Assembly (NCBI GenBank): GCA_951406725.2
Contig: OX597815.1
Span: 51,336,001-51,400,000, forward strand
DNA length: 64,000 bases
Reading direction: 5' to 3'
Source: Octopus vulgaris
Taxonomy: Eukaryota
In this document: in pieces, positions 24,869 through 37,572 of the stretch
How the letters are laid out: every line of letters starts with the position of its first letter
Numbering within the stretch: the stretch's first letter is position 1
Translations under genes and position numbers: made by a program
Notes under the pieces: model-generated
What the model saw: the letters and a program-made list of their open reading frames with translations, nothing else
Told to the model about the DNA's origin: nothing
Databases searched by the model: none

Positions 24869-25020
24869 ACAGTATTCTTTCAGTTTCCATCTATCAAATC
24901 CACTCATAAGGCTTTGGTCAGCCTGAGGTTATAGAAGAAGACACTTTCCCAAGGTTCCACGCAATAGGACTGAAACCAGAATCATATAATTGGGAAGCAA
25001 GCTTCTTACCACACAACCAC
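24610..25020 (-). mobile_element. SINE family A, full length
   Basis: Collinear with the reverse complement of 44570-44982, including the internal microsatellite. Confidence 0.85.
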
Positions 25021-25257
25021 AACTGAACTCGTGTGGCCTGTTAACAACTAAATTTTAAAGTATCAAATTGAATTACTATTTTAGGAAAAGTTTTCAAACA
25101 TGACTTTTTTTTCTTGACCAAAACTTTACCTTCAATATAAAGGTACATTATATATGCCCCAAAATACAGTAAAAGAGTACCACAAATAAAGTTTGTCTTT
25201 GATAGGTCATTTTGATACAATAAACATCCTACTATTGCAGCTATTACAACAACTGTA

Positions 25258-25440
25258 GCTAAGGCAGCAAGTTGGTATTTCATCCATCTCTAAGTTTTGA
25301 GTTCAAATTCTGCCAAGGCCAACTTTGCCTTTCTCCTCTCAGGGTTGAGAAAATAAGTACCAGTTGAACACTGGGGTCAATGTAATTGAATTATCCCTTC
25401 CTCAAAAACTACTGGCCTCATGCCAAAATTTGAAATCATT
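25258..25440 (+). mobile_element. SINE family B
   Basis: Matches 8337-8557 with a deletion in the head. Confidence 0.75.
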
Positions 25441-25637
25441 ATTACAGCTGTGGCTACAAAATACCAACTATTTCACAAAACAACAGACATCTTGCACACA
25501 GAATACATTATGGGTGTAGTTACTGTTGTTGTTGTTGGCAATGATCTATCCTGATTGAGCAAACTGAAAATCAAAGGTGTTCCAGTGTTCCAGCCATTCC
25601 ATCCCATACCATATTATCTGATGTTTTTTCTTCACAC

Positions 25638-25680
<43 letters not shown>

Positions 25681-27006
25681 GTTAAGACGGTAGAGTATAA
25701 TTTGCAGAAGAATTGGCTGCTAATTCTCACAGGTCAAGCTATCGTGTAAAGGCTCCCTTGATGGCTTATTATTGTCATCCCTGAACAGACACATGAACAA
25801 AGTGATTCTCGCTGTAAATATTATACCAGGTTTTTCAGGCATAAAATGTCAAGAATTACATTATCCAATGTGTCTTTTCCTTTTTAAAACATGATTTGAG
25901 GTAGAGCTAGCAGTTATTTCTTCTAAGTAGAACAACCATGTAGAAGCTCATTTTGGCTTATGCTTATGTTTATTTCTGTTTTTTTAAAGACAATTTATGT
26001 GCTGTTTTAGAGGTGATATAATCCAAGATGAACCTAACTGCTCAACTCTTTCTAAACTAGTGATACTTTTCCCTTATTTTAGCTGAATATTTGACAGACT
26101 GCATAGTCTTTTAACATATTTCAACATCTAACCAAATTTATGTTGGTCTTTCAGATTCTACCCATCCATCAAAACTCACCTTCTACTGAGCTAGTTAAAA
26201 TTTCTCAAAAATTAATCAGCATATTTTTAGTTTTTGTTTTTCTTTTTGGTGGGGGCTTTTTGGTTCTTTTGGTTTTTGTACATCAACAAAATCTTTTAAA
26301 AAGAACTATAGAAGTAAAAATGTAAAAATTAGAATTTTTATGTTAAAATTCAATACCCTATTTTTTTTCTTTTCATTTTCAATCTTTCATTTCTACATTT
26401 AGTGACCTAAAACAAAAACGTTTATATACATTATTATTTGCTTTTCTATTTAATTTTGTTTTTAAATCTTTTTCATTGGATATTTTTTTTTTCCTAAAGA
26501 TAGCTAACACTGTGAAATATTTAATATTATAGAGGCTATTCTTGTTGTTTCTTCTATGCAGCCCAATGTCATGGTGCTAAATAGAAGTTTAATGTACAGC
26601 TGCATTAACAATTGTTCTGGGTCGGTAGATTTTAATGTACAACACAACCTATCAGAATGATGAAAAACTCAAGAAGAAGAAAGGCATGAACTTTCAACAA
26701 TCTCATTATTTTTGCTCCTTAAACTTAAAAGTACTGTCCCTTAATTAACCAATTAATATTTCAATATCCTTTTTGCTTATTTTGATTATATGTACACACA
26801 CAGACAGATAGATAGATAGAGCGAGAGATATTAATATTTAGCAGAAATAACAGTGTGACTCAAGGTCTGAGAGTTTCGTGCATTGGCTAATGCATGAAAC
26901 TTTTGGACTTTGAGTCACTCTGTTACTTTTGCAGAACATTAATGAATATATACATATATTTATATTTTGAGTTCTATTTTTTCTATTTGCATCACTATAA
27001 ATATGC

Positions 27007-27055
<49 letters not shown>

Positions 27056-27070
27056 CATACACACATATAT

Positions 27071-27286
27071 ATAATATTTTTGATACCAACCTGCCTGAAA
27101 CCGCACCTAGTTCTGTGATACAAAGTGTTTTAAGCTAAAACTTTCCATTCAAATTTCATGTTAATTCATGTTCTAAACACCAGCTGAATAATAACAAAAT
27201 TATTTTACTAAATACTTCTTTGCTTTCAAAATCACTTGAAACAAAAGCAGTGTATATCAAGAGAAATATGGTAACAAAAGGGTTAA
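27071..27286. mobile_element. piggyBac-type MITE (second family), left end decayed
   Basis: Right end GGTAACAAAAGGG-TTAA. Left end TTTTGATACC is the matching inverted repeat. Confidence 0.5.
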
Positions 27287-29071
27287 TGCAGAAAATAAAA
27301 GTAAATATATACAGAGGATAATTAAAGGACAACTAAAATTTTAATGTTGAGATAAACTGAGAGTAAATGTTTATACAATTTTATTTTTCAAAATAATTTC
27401 TAGTATAAACTGCAGAATCAATGCCCCAGCATGTTGTTATTAGTCTATCTGTTGTGTAATACATCTAATGTCAAAATTTGTTTCTTCTTTTATGATCTGA
27501 TACTATCAATGGAATTAAAAGCAGTAAACTAAGTCTGTATTCGTTAATATAAAATTTTGCTGATGACTTGACTATGAGCTTAGTAGTAATAATTGTGTTG
27601 CAGTTGATATAGTTATATGACTACTAAACTAATCTCTCTGGACAAATGACAAAGCAGAACTACTTTGTTATTTTGTATTGTAGATTATAAATTTAAACAA
27701 ACACAATTAGGTCTTAGATGTGGTCTGTCAAAAGAACAGTGTTCATACTGATCTAATTAGATTTTAGGGTGAGAATCTAACACTTTATCATTGTTTTTAA
27801 AAACTGGCTTATATTTGATAGATCTTTAACGAGAGAAAAAAAGACAAATGATTGTCTGATATTCTTGAAATTTAAATTAAAAAAGAAAAAATTTATTAAT
27901 CTGTACTTTTCATACTCTGCAATTTCTCAAACATGTGTGTCAATTTTAAAAGTATTGATTAATATTTTAAAATTAAATTTAGAATTCTTAAAACTTTCCT
28001 CAGAGACAACACTCTAGGGTCAACCAGAGTTCAAATACAAAACACTTAATCATTTTTGACAACTTGAATTCATGAAGATATCAAATATCTTGTGTCTTTA
28101 AACTAATATCTAATTCTCTTCTTTGACCAAAGAAGAACTGGCCCTTAAGGGAAACAGTTTTAAAATTCATAAAATAATAAACCAATACACCTTCTTAGTA
28201 CTCACTCTTTGAATTGAACTTACCCAAACTATTTTCCAGTTAAGTATAACCAGTTCTTATGACTTTCATGAGCATATCTCGCAAGTTAGGTTTATCTAAC
28301 CCAAGCACAATCACATACACACAATATACAGAGAGAAACAAATAAACATATACATTTTCAAATGTATGTTTAAGTATTCCAAAACAAACAAATATACATA
28401 TAATACATATACATAGTTACACACAGAACAGGGAAGCTTAAATACATACATACATACATACAGTCTTGCCTTCGTTACTCGTGTGTTTATATATGTGTAT
28501 GTCTGTTTATGTGAATATACACACACATACATAAATGCAATTACACACACACACACACACAAAATAAAAATAAACTGAAAGAAAGCAAGCATTTGTTTTC
28601 ATGCATTTTTAGAACTAATTTGTAAACTGTCGCTGGTTTGGCTTTTGCTGTTTTGTTTTTACAAGAATTGTCTTACTCTCATTAGAAGACATCTTTTCTT
28701 GGCAGTTGTAAACCAGGGCATGTTCTAATATTTTCACCTTTCACCCCTGTACTTAAAACAAACAAACTATCACTCAATCAAGTAAACATTGGCAACAACA
28801 ACAACAAAGACAACAACAATAGTAGTAACAGCAGCTAATGCACCACACTAAGATGGGAACCAAAAATTTACTCGACATGACTGGTGTGAAGCCAAGTGCC
28901 ATGAGCAATCCTCTCTGCTTCTCAAAAGCCTATTAGTAGATTTGCAGAAGGCTGATATAAGAATAAGAGAAGGGTGTGAAGCAAACAGTGATATCAATTG
29001 TTTGGCTAAATCTGCCAGCAGCAAGATTTATAGAGAGCTTCACACTTGAGGATTGTACATTCGGATTTGCC

Positions 29072-29114
29072 ATGCTTTCTTGTCTTGGTAATTGGCTTCT
29101 TCAGATGATATGCA
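29072..29114 (+). CDS. candidate first exon ORF (MLSCLGNWLLQMIC), product unknown
   Basis: GCC-ATG start and donor GCA|gtaagt, in a transposon-poor stretch. Confidence 0.25.
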
Positions 29115-30547
29115 GTAAGTGATTCCAGTTTGTTTTGTTGAGACACTACATTGTTTATGCTGCTTTACTAGTGTCTTCACCTAGTAAACACTGCGCATTA
29201 AAAATTATCTGGTTATCACAACACAAGTTCTGCTATATGTAGTTTCCAGTGTGTGCAGGCATTTTTATCTTAGTATACTTGTGTGTGTGTGTGTATACAT
29301 AGATACATATGTGTGTGCATGTGTAAGTGCGTGTGTATGCATGTGTGTGTGTGTGTATGAATGTGTGTATATATGTATGTGCATGTGATTCCACTTCTGG
29401 TCATGTGCATGACGGGGAGAGAGGGAGATTAAGAAAATTCATTTTGGCAATTCTTATACGTAACAGTAAGGTGAATGGTTAAAAAGAAAGGGCCAAAGTT
29501 TCAAACAAAAGGGCTGAAACCTTTAAATTAATTAGAAGTAGTAACTTGCTGTAGGTTTCAATTAGTATTTCCTTCTCTAAACAATGGCTGCAAACTGTTT
29601 GTCTTGGCAGTTCCTACTTCAAAGGAGTCTGGGGATTAACTTTCACTGAGAACTGAAACTAAGTTGAATTGAACAGAAAGAAAGAAAAAGAGAGACAGTA
29701 AAGAGGGGGTCATAGACAGTCAGAGAGAAAGAGAGAGAGAGTAACAGAAAGAGTCAGCGAGACAAGCAGAGAGAGAGTTAGAAAAACAGAAAGAGAGAGA
29801 GACAGAGAGAGAAGGGTTTCTTTGCAAAGAAATAAAAGTCTGACGGGCTTTTGAATAGGAAACATAAGGAAGTTTGCAGTCCAATCAATATTGATAACAT
29901 ATTTCTAAGGAATCATTTTTGATGACTTCCTCTCCCTGCCAAACCTTGCTGGCCAGTCCTCCACCCCTTCCTCTGCCATATAACTGTGTTTATAGCATCA
30001 CAAGTGAATAAAAGTAACAGATCAGTATTTGAGAAAACATCACTTTTGTTATAACAATATCAGCTCTGTTGGCAAATAGTTGATTACTAATTAGAAAACA
30101 CAGTTTGTGTTTATCACATGTATTAGCATAAGAACAGTGGAGAATGTGTTATCTCAGTCATTGACAAATATGTCATGTTTGAAACAATTTCCACTTTTCT
30201 TAACTAGTAGGGGGCGAAGAACATATAAAGTAGTACTTTTTTCTTCCTTATTTTGTTTTTAATAAGTTAGTCCGAGAAAATGGGTAGTGCTTATGACAGT
30301 TTCAGGTCCACCTCACCATTCCCGGACACTGTTGATACTTAGTTCACTATTATTACTTCACTGTTTGCAGGATAAGTGTAGGTTTATAGTCATGAGAGGA
30401 AACACAGAGTGAGGCATACAGTAGAAAAGAATGAGAGTGACAGAAGAAAAAAATAAACTGATGGGCACGGATAGAGAAGCTATGAAATTAGTTCCCAAGA
30501 GGCTGTTGTAGAAGTGGTTAAAGAGCACAAGTTATGCATTCGTAAGC

Positions 30548-30720
30548 TAGGTATAGCTGTGTGGCTAAGAAGCTTGCATTGCAACCACATGGTTTCTGGT
30601 TCAGTCCTACTGTGCAGTATCTTGGCCTAGCGTATTCTTCTATAGCTCTGGGTCAACCAATGCCTTCTGAGTGAATTTTGTATATGGAAACTGTGTGAGA
30701 GCCTGGTGCGTGTGTGTGTG
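30548..30720 (+). mobile_element. SINE family A, 5' half
   Basis: Matches the family head. Confidence 0.7.
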
Positions 30721-30799
30721 GACTTAGCCATGTAGTTATCATCATCATCATCATCTAAGGCCCGTTTTCACTAGTGCCATCCCATACACACCATTTAAT

Positions 30800-31204
30800 A
30801 GGTGCAGTCATGGGTGTGTTGTAAGAAGCTTGTTTCCCAACCATATGGTTCCAGATTCAGTCCCACTGCAAGACATACTGGGCAAGTGTCTTCTACTACG
30901 GCCTTGGGCCAGCCAAAGCCTTGTGAGTGGATTTAGTAGACGGAAACTGAAAGAAGCCTATTGTGTATATATATATATATTACTTGTTTCAATCTTTTGA
31001 CTATGGCCATGCTGGAGCACTGCTTTTAGTCAAACAAATGGACCCCAGAACTTATTCTTTGTAAACCTAGTACTTATTCTATTGGTCTCTTTTGCTGAAT
31101 TGCTAAGTTACGGGGATGTAAGCAAACCAATATTAGTTGTCAAGCAATAGTGGGGGGACAAACACAGACACACAAATACATACATACATAAATATATATA
31201 TACA

Positions 31205-31254
<50 letters not shown>

Positions 31255-31259
31255 TATAC

Positions 31260-31327
<68 letters not shown>

Positions 31328-31762
31328 ACATATATACATCTTTTAGTTTCCATCTACTAAACCCACTTACAAGGTCTTGGTTGACCCAAGGTTATAGTAG
31401 AAGACACTTACCGAAGGTGCCATGCAGTGAGACTGAACCCAGAACCATGTGATTGGGAACAAACTTCTTACCACACAGCCACTCCTCTGTGTGTGTGTGT
31501 GTGTGTGTGTGAGTGAGTGTGTGTGTGTGCGTGCGTGTGTGTGTGTGTGCACGCGCGCGCGTGCCTGTGTTTTCCCCCAACTACCATTTGACAACTAGTG
31601 CTGGTGTGTTTACCTACCCGTAACCTAGTGGTTTGGCAACAAGAGGCCGACAGAATAAATACTAGGCTTAAAAAAAATAAGTGCTATGGTCAATTTGTTC
31701 GACCAAAAACTGTTCAAGGTGGTGCCCCAAAATGGCCAGTCAAATGATTGGAAAAAGATAAA
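30800..31762 (+). mobile_element. SINE family A split by an antisense copy
   Basis: 5' half at 30800-30963 and 3' half at ~31560-31762. Confidence 0.8.
30981..31486 (-). mobile_element. SINE family A, full length, nested
   Basis: Complete reverse-complement copy with an expanded internal microsatellite. Confidence 0.85.
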
Positions 31763-32297
31763 GGACAAAATGCTTGTTGTCCAGTGTTGGTTTGGGTATA
31801 TCCTTGTAACTTAGCAGTTCTGCAGTAGTGACTCATAATAGAATAAGTACCAGACTTTAAAAACAATGTAAGTATAGGGATTAATTTCTTTGACGTAACC
31901 TTTTTAATGTGATGCCCCAGTATGGCCATGGTGGACTGACTGAAACAAGTAAGAAAGATAATTGTCATGTGGATTTCATTTTCTTTTTTGCTATTCACAT
32001 GAGTAAACTAATCTAACTTCATCTTCATTCCACCAACACGATTCCAAATTATTTAACAAAAATGAAATGGGTTGAAAGGAATTAAAATTTGATAAAATTC
32101 TTTTGCTGTACTTCTTTCTTCTAATATTCTTCCCAATACGTACATAAATAAGAAAAATATCAATAACATTAAACCTGTTTAAATTAGGTAACATATAAAT
32201 CTAAACAGTCATGTACACACACACACATATACATATACAGATATATGTATTTATATATATATATAGATATATGTATTTATTTATCTATCATATATAT

Positions 32298-32336
<39 letters not shown>

Positions 32337-32852
32337 GCAGACAAAATGAATGATACATTATCACCAAGAATATGGCAGAGAAGAGAAAGCCAGCAGAAGA
32401 ATGTACATGCCAAAATCAATAATTACATGATAAGAAAGATCAAGAGATAACAAAAAAAACAAACTAATTTGAACAATTTTTTTATATTCTTTTTAATTAA
32501 TATATCTCTGGTTTCTAAATATACCAGCATTTATAGAGATACAACACATTAACTCTTTAAAAATTACAATGTGTACATTTTGTCTCTTAGATTTCTCAGA
32601 ATTGTAGATATTGTATGGTGTGAAACCAAGCTCAACAGAAATTATGGCAGGCACAGACTATGTTCTGATTACACTGAAAAAGCATACTATAGATATGTAA
32701 CACTTTTTCTTTTCTAATATATATTACACACAAAACAGATATTATTTGTAACTTCTGAGGTGTAATGGATATCAGTTTTGGCGAAGATTATAGATTATTA
32801 GTTCAGTAAAATTTGCATGACAAAGTGAATATTAAAAAATTGGGGAAAAACA

Positions 32853-33075
32853 TTAACCCTTAAGCATTCAGATTAATCTGTCAAATACAATACTGATTTA
32901 TTCACAATGCTTTGAATTAATCATGCATTATCTTTTAGTTTCAAAATTTCAATGATGTAATTCTTTATTTTTAGAATGGCATTGTAGTGTAAGCATGAGA
33001 TGCCAGATCTAGCCAATTTGAACATACAATAGATATTTGGACCAGATATGGCTGGATTAAATACTAATGGGTTAA
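32853..33075. mobile_element. piggyBac-type MITE
   Basis: TTAA-CCCTTAAGCATT ... AATACTAATGGG-TTAA. Confidence 0.8.
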
Positions 33076-34569
33076 AATGCATTCTCCAAAAATATACTTG
33101 GAATAATAATCAATATCACTGTTGCCACCATCATAATTTTAGAATAAATTTCTCCGTGGTTTTGACAGGTAGATAATACAGAATATCTCTATTCACTGAG
33201 GTCCACTGTCTAAAGCCTAACATTCTCAGATGTGATTTCATCACTATCTCTCAAGTCTTTGCAGAATATTCCTTCAACACAGATATTTTCTACTTCTTCA
33301 TGTATAGTACTTTTCCTTTCAAATATTTACCATCTGATTACAGGTCCAGACAACCAAACTAGTTTATTTCTTTTTCCTTAGATTAGCCAATATCTATCTT
33401 ATAGTTTCCACATCTGCATTGTGCTCAGCCTTTCCTACAAATACATTGAACTACATTCAATTTTAATATATCTAATATCAGCACATATTCCTGATCCAAC
33501 ATTCATCAAGGTAGCAATTACCATAAATAAATGGCAATTATCATACACACTTGCTCATACATATGCACATGTGTTTGTATATGTAAATATAGATGCATAC
33601 AAACACACACAGCTGGAATGCCTTGTGGTGTTAAATTACATTCCTTTACTTTCTGTGCTTAAATCCATATGGGTCAACTACTTTTCATCATTCAAGTGGA
33701 ATCAAGAAATACCAGTGAAAATTATACATATATATGTGTGTGTGTATATATATGTATATATACACACACATATACATCATTAGGTAATAATATATATGTA
33801 AAGCTCTAAACAATATTCTAAATTAACCTAAAACAATAGTAAAATCTATAAAAATTTTATAATAAAAAATGCTGCTTGTATTGTTCATTTTAAACATCAT
33901 CTTTGCATAAAACCTACATCTCTGTCTCTCTTTTTCTCTCTCACACACATGCACACTCTCTCTCTCTCTCTTTCTCACACTAGCTTTCATAGACAGTGAT
34001 CACCTCCACTTCTTTTCCCTTTCTCAATCTTACACTCTTCAATCTAACTTATGTTGACATTCATTGTGTTACTGATATTATTATAGCAATTATAATTTTA
34101 AAGAAATGAGGTAAACATTGTTCCTGTATAGTAAGGACAGCAAATCAAAGCACTTTTACATTTCACTGTTTTATAACTTTCAATAATTCTTAAAATGTTT
34201 TGGAGTTATATCTCTTTATTTTGACTTTACTTTTAAATGTTTAAAAATCATTTCCCTAATTTTCCCAAAAATTCAACTCCTTTCATGTTTCAATATTTTG
34301 TTTTGATTTTTCTTTAAAAGTTAGGAATGAAAACACTGGACAATATAATGCTATGTGTGTGTGTGTATGTGTGTGTGTGTGAGTGTGTGCACACAGTACA
34401 CACACACATACATATATACACACACAGAACAATGTGATGTAGTACATACACATTGTATAAACCAGGAGAAAACTTCCTGGAGGGCAGTGTTTCACCTAGT
34501 ATATGTCTATATAAACACACACACATGCACACATATATACACACACAACCACACATACACACACACAAC

Positions 34570-34635
<66 letters not shown>

Positions 34636-35494
34636 ACAAGTATTTCTATTGAGATGTAGATCTTGTATATAGTAAGTCAAAATGCAATTGGGTGTTGCAA
34701 TGGTGACCAGTGAAGACGAACCAGCTGTCTGATTGACAAGGTAATTCATAGATGTCTTGACAAGGTTGGGTCAATGGTTATCTTCTGCAGCTGAAGTCAC
34801 CATACAGTGGTCAATGGTTCAAAGACAGTAAGCTTCATAACCCAGCAATATTCCCAGGCTGCAATATAATTTGATCACTAATATTTGATGTGATGGTAGT
34901 GACAAGTAGTGCTTGCAAGGAATTCATTAGATCCTAAATAACTAACTGGCAGGAAAAGTTTATATTCCTTTTGATGACATGAAAGGAAATATAGTTGCAG
35001 ATAAAGTATAAAACATTGACTTATGAATATGCATGTAATATGGTATAACTGTTTTGCTGTCAAAGATGCACAAAAGGACTGAAAATTATAGCAATAACAA
35101 CAACAATAACAAAAATATGATTTAATCCAAGTAAATGTGAAGTAAATGTGTATGGGGGTGGATGGGAGAGGAGATATAACTGTAGTAAGAAAAATAGATG
35201 TTTAAACTATATTTAGAGTTTCTGAGCATTAATGAGATAAAGAGTAAGAGAGAAAGAAAGAGAGGGAGTAAATGAGAGAAAAAAAAAAACTACTTTTCTC
35301 TCTGTTTTTTGCTTTTGACTTCTTTTTTTTTTTTGCATGCAATCATAAGTTGGATAGATTTATAAATTTAAACATTTGCATATTGTTCAATGAAATTTGT
35401 TTCTGTTGGTTTTTGTTTTGTCAGTAGGAAACCATTTCTTTTATTACTCAATCATAATTGAAACATGATAGAAAACTACTTCCCTCAGATAATG

Positions 35495-35712
35495 TTGTTT
35501 ATATTGTTGTTTAACCCAAGATCAATTTTGATTAAGCAAACCTGTGATCAAAGCATCCAAGCCATGACTATTCTATCTTATTTTCCAGACAATATATTCA
35601 GGACAACCTCATCCAATGTTTCCTTTTTCAAGATGACAAGCCTTGATATGAAGGCAGTTTGACTGTTGTTTCAAGAAAGTTGATCAACCACATACAGGCT
35701 TCCTCATTGGCT
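35495..35712 (+). repeat. unclassified dispersed repeat (GTTGTTTAACCC..GATCAAAG..CCAGCCATGACCATC family)
   Basis: Diverged copies near 11260, 13700 (-), 19490 (-), 21420, 25525, 39270 (-), 54110 (-) and 60490. Confidence 0.55.
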
Positions 35713-36171
35713 CCTTTCCAGACAAAGGAAGACAAGTAAACTTAAGTGCTTGCTCCATCACTACAGCTGAACTATAAAGATTTGAATTCACAATTTTGTG
35801 ATTTGCTGATCAGTTTAATGAGGTTTGCCATACTAGAAATTGCATATATTTCTCGACCTCGAGATAAACATAGGAAAAGAGTTTGTTATTAGCTATTAAA
35901 ATCAGCTTGCTGAATAGACGTGCCTCTCAAAAGCCTGAAGTGAGGTCAGTGGGAAAAGTTATTTAAATAAAAGGGACCCTTGTTAATGAAAAGGCTAGGA
36001 GCCACTGTGACTACACCATATTAAATTGCATTTGTATCTCCAAGTCTATCTCTGTCAACACTGCTTGAAAAAATGGTGCTCTGTGTTTAGCACTTAGTGC
36101 TTCAACAAATAAAGATCAATAACAGAAGTAACAGGCTTATAAATATAAATACTGGGGCTGATTTTAATCAC

Positions 36172-36227
36172 TTAAGGGTTAGAGTTAGGTTAGAATTAGG
36201 TTAGGGCTAGGTTACAGTTAGGTTAGG
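36172..36227 (+). repeat. degenerate TTAGG/TTAGGG array
   Basis: TTAAGGG TTAGAG TTAGG TTAGAA TTAGG TTAGGG CTAGG TTACAG TTAGG TTAGG. Confidence 0.75.
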
Positions 36228-37085
36228 CTATAACAGAAAAGACTTGCCCAAGGAGTTACACTTAAAGATTTAACCCAAAACCTTGTAATTCCAGAGTAAA
36301 CTTCTTAACCACACTGCCATAACAGTTAGAAGCTTCTTACCACACATCCACACCTGTGTCTGTTAATGAAATTCTAATAATGAAACAACAAAAAAGAAGT
36401 AATCAACCACAGTTTCACTATAGCTGCACTATAACAGTGTAGAGAGCAGATTGCTATAGTACAACAAAAACCTTGAGTGACACTGTTGAGGACAGGACTG
36501 ATTCCAGAGCAAAGTATATCTTACTGATAAAATTGAAATCAAAACTACACAATGAACTTACTATCAGAGAGAACACAAAACAGGATGTTGTTACTAAAGT
36601 TTTTAAAATTCCAAGAAATACCCAACCCAGACATTAAACCAGTTTGAGCTTGTACTAAGATTCAAAATATAAAAAAAGTACTTATTTATTACACTTCAAG
36701 AAAGACCTAATTCAATATTTGCATCATGTCTGTCACACTGTTATGGCAGTGTGGTTAAGAAGTTTACTCTGGAATTACAAGGTTTTGGGTTCAAACCTGG
36801 AGCAAGTCTCTTCTAATACATGCTTGAATCAACCAAAACCTTGGGGGATGAAATTTGATAAATTGAAACCGTGTAGAACCTGGCAGAGAGGCTGCTCCTG
36901 CTTTGAAATAGTAGAGTAATTGTCACCTGGCCCATGGGTGCGTTCAGAGGATTTCACTCCATCACAAGCCTTGGAGTCACATCTCAAGTCTGATGATTTC
37001 TTTCTCTATTCATCCAACCAATCTTTGATACCCTGTAAACAGGCATAAGGGATACTCTTCTGTCTCTAAGCCATAAAGAATTTCT

Positions 37086-37313
37086 TTAACCCTTTAGCAT
37101 TCAAATCAGCCATGTCCAACCTAAATATTTTACTTTCTCTATGTTGAAACCAGCCAGATCCAGCCTCTTACACTTACCCTACAATGTCGTTCCTAAAGTG
37201 AAGAGTCACATCATAAAAACCACACAGCTATGAGATAATGTGCAACTAATTTAAAACAATATGAATAAATAAGCATTACAATTGACAGAATAATCTGAAT
37301 ACTAAAGGGTTAA
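37086..37313. mobile_element. piggyBac-type MITE (opposite orientation to 32853)
   Basis: TTAA-CCCTTTAGCATT ... AATACTAAAGGG-TTAA. Confidence 0.85.
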
Positions 37314-37572
37314 AGGAAATTGTGCACCAAGTAATCTCACTGAAAAGTTTCTATCTTACTCTTCTTATGACGGCCTAATCCTCAGACATAACCCAATCAC
37401 TACATCATCTTTTTACCCAACTTATGAACTCAATTGCCATTATCCTCTATATGCATTACAAACATGTACCAGCACAGTATTCTCTCTTGCACACTACATC
37501 TAATTACTCTATTACCCAACTATTCTCTTCTCTCACTTTTACTTCATTGTACACACACACATACATTACCCC

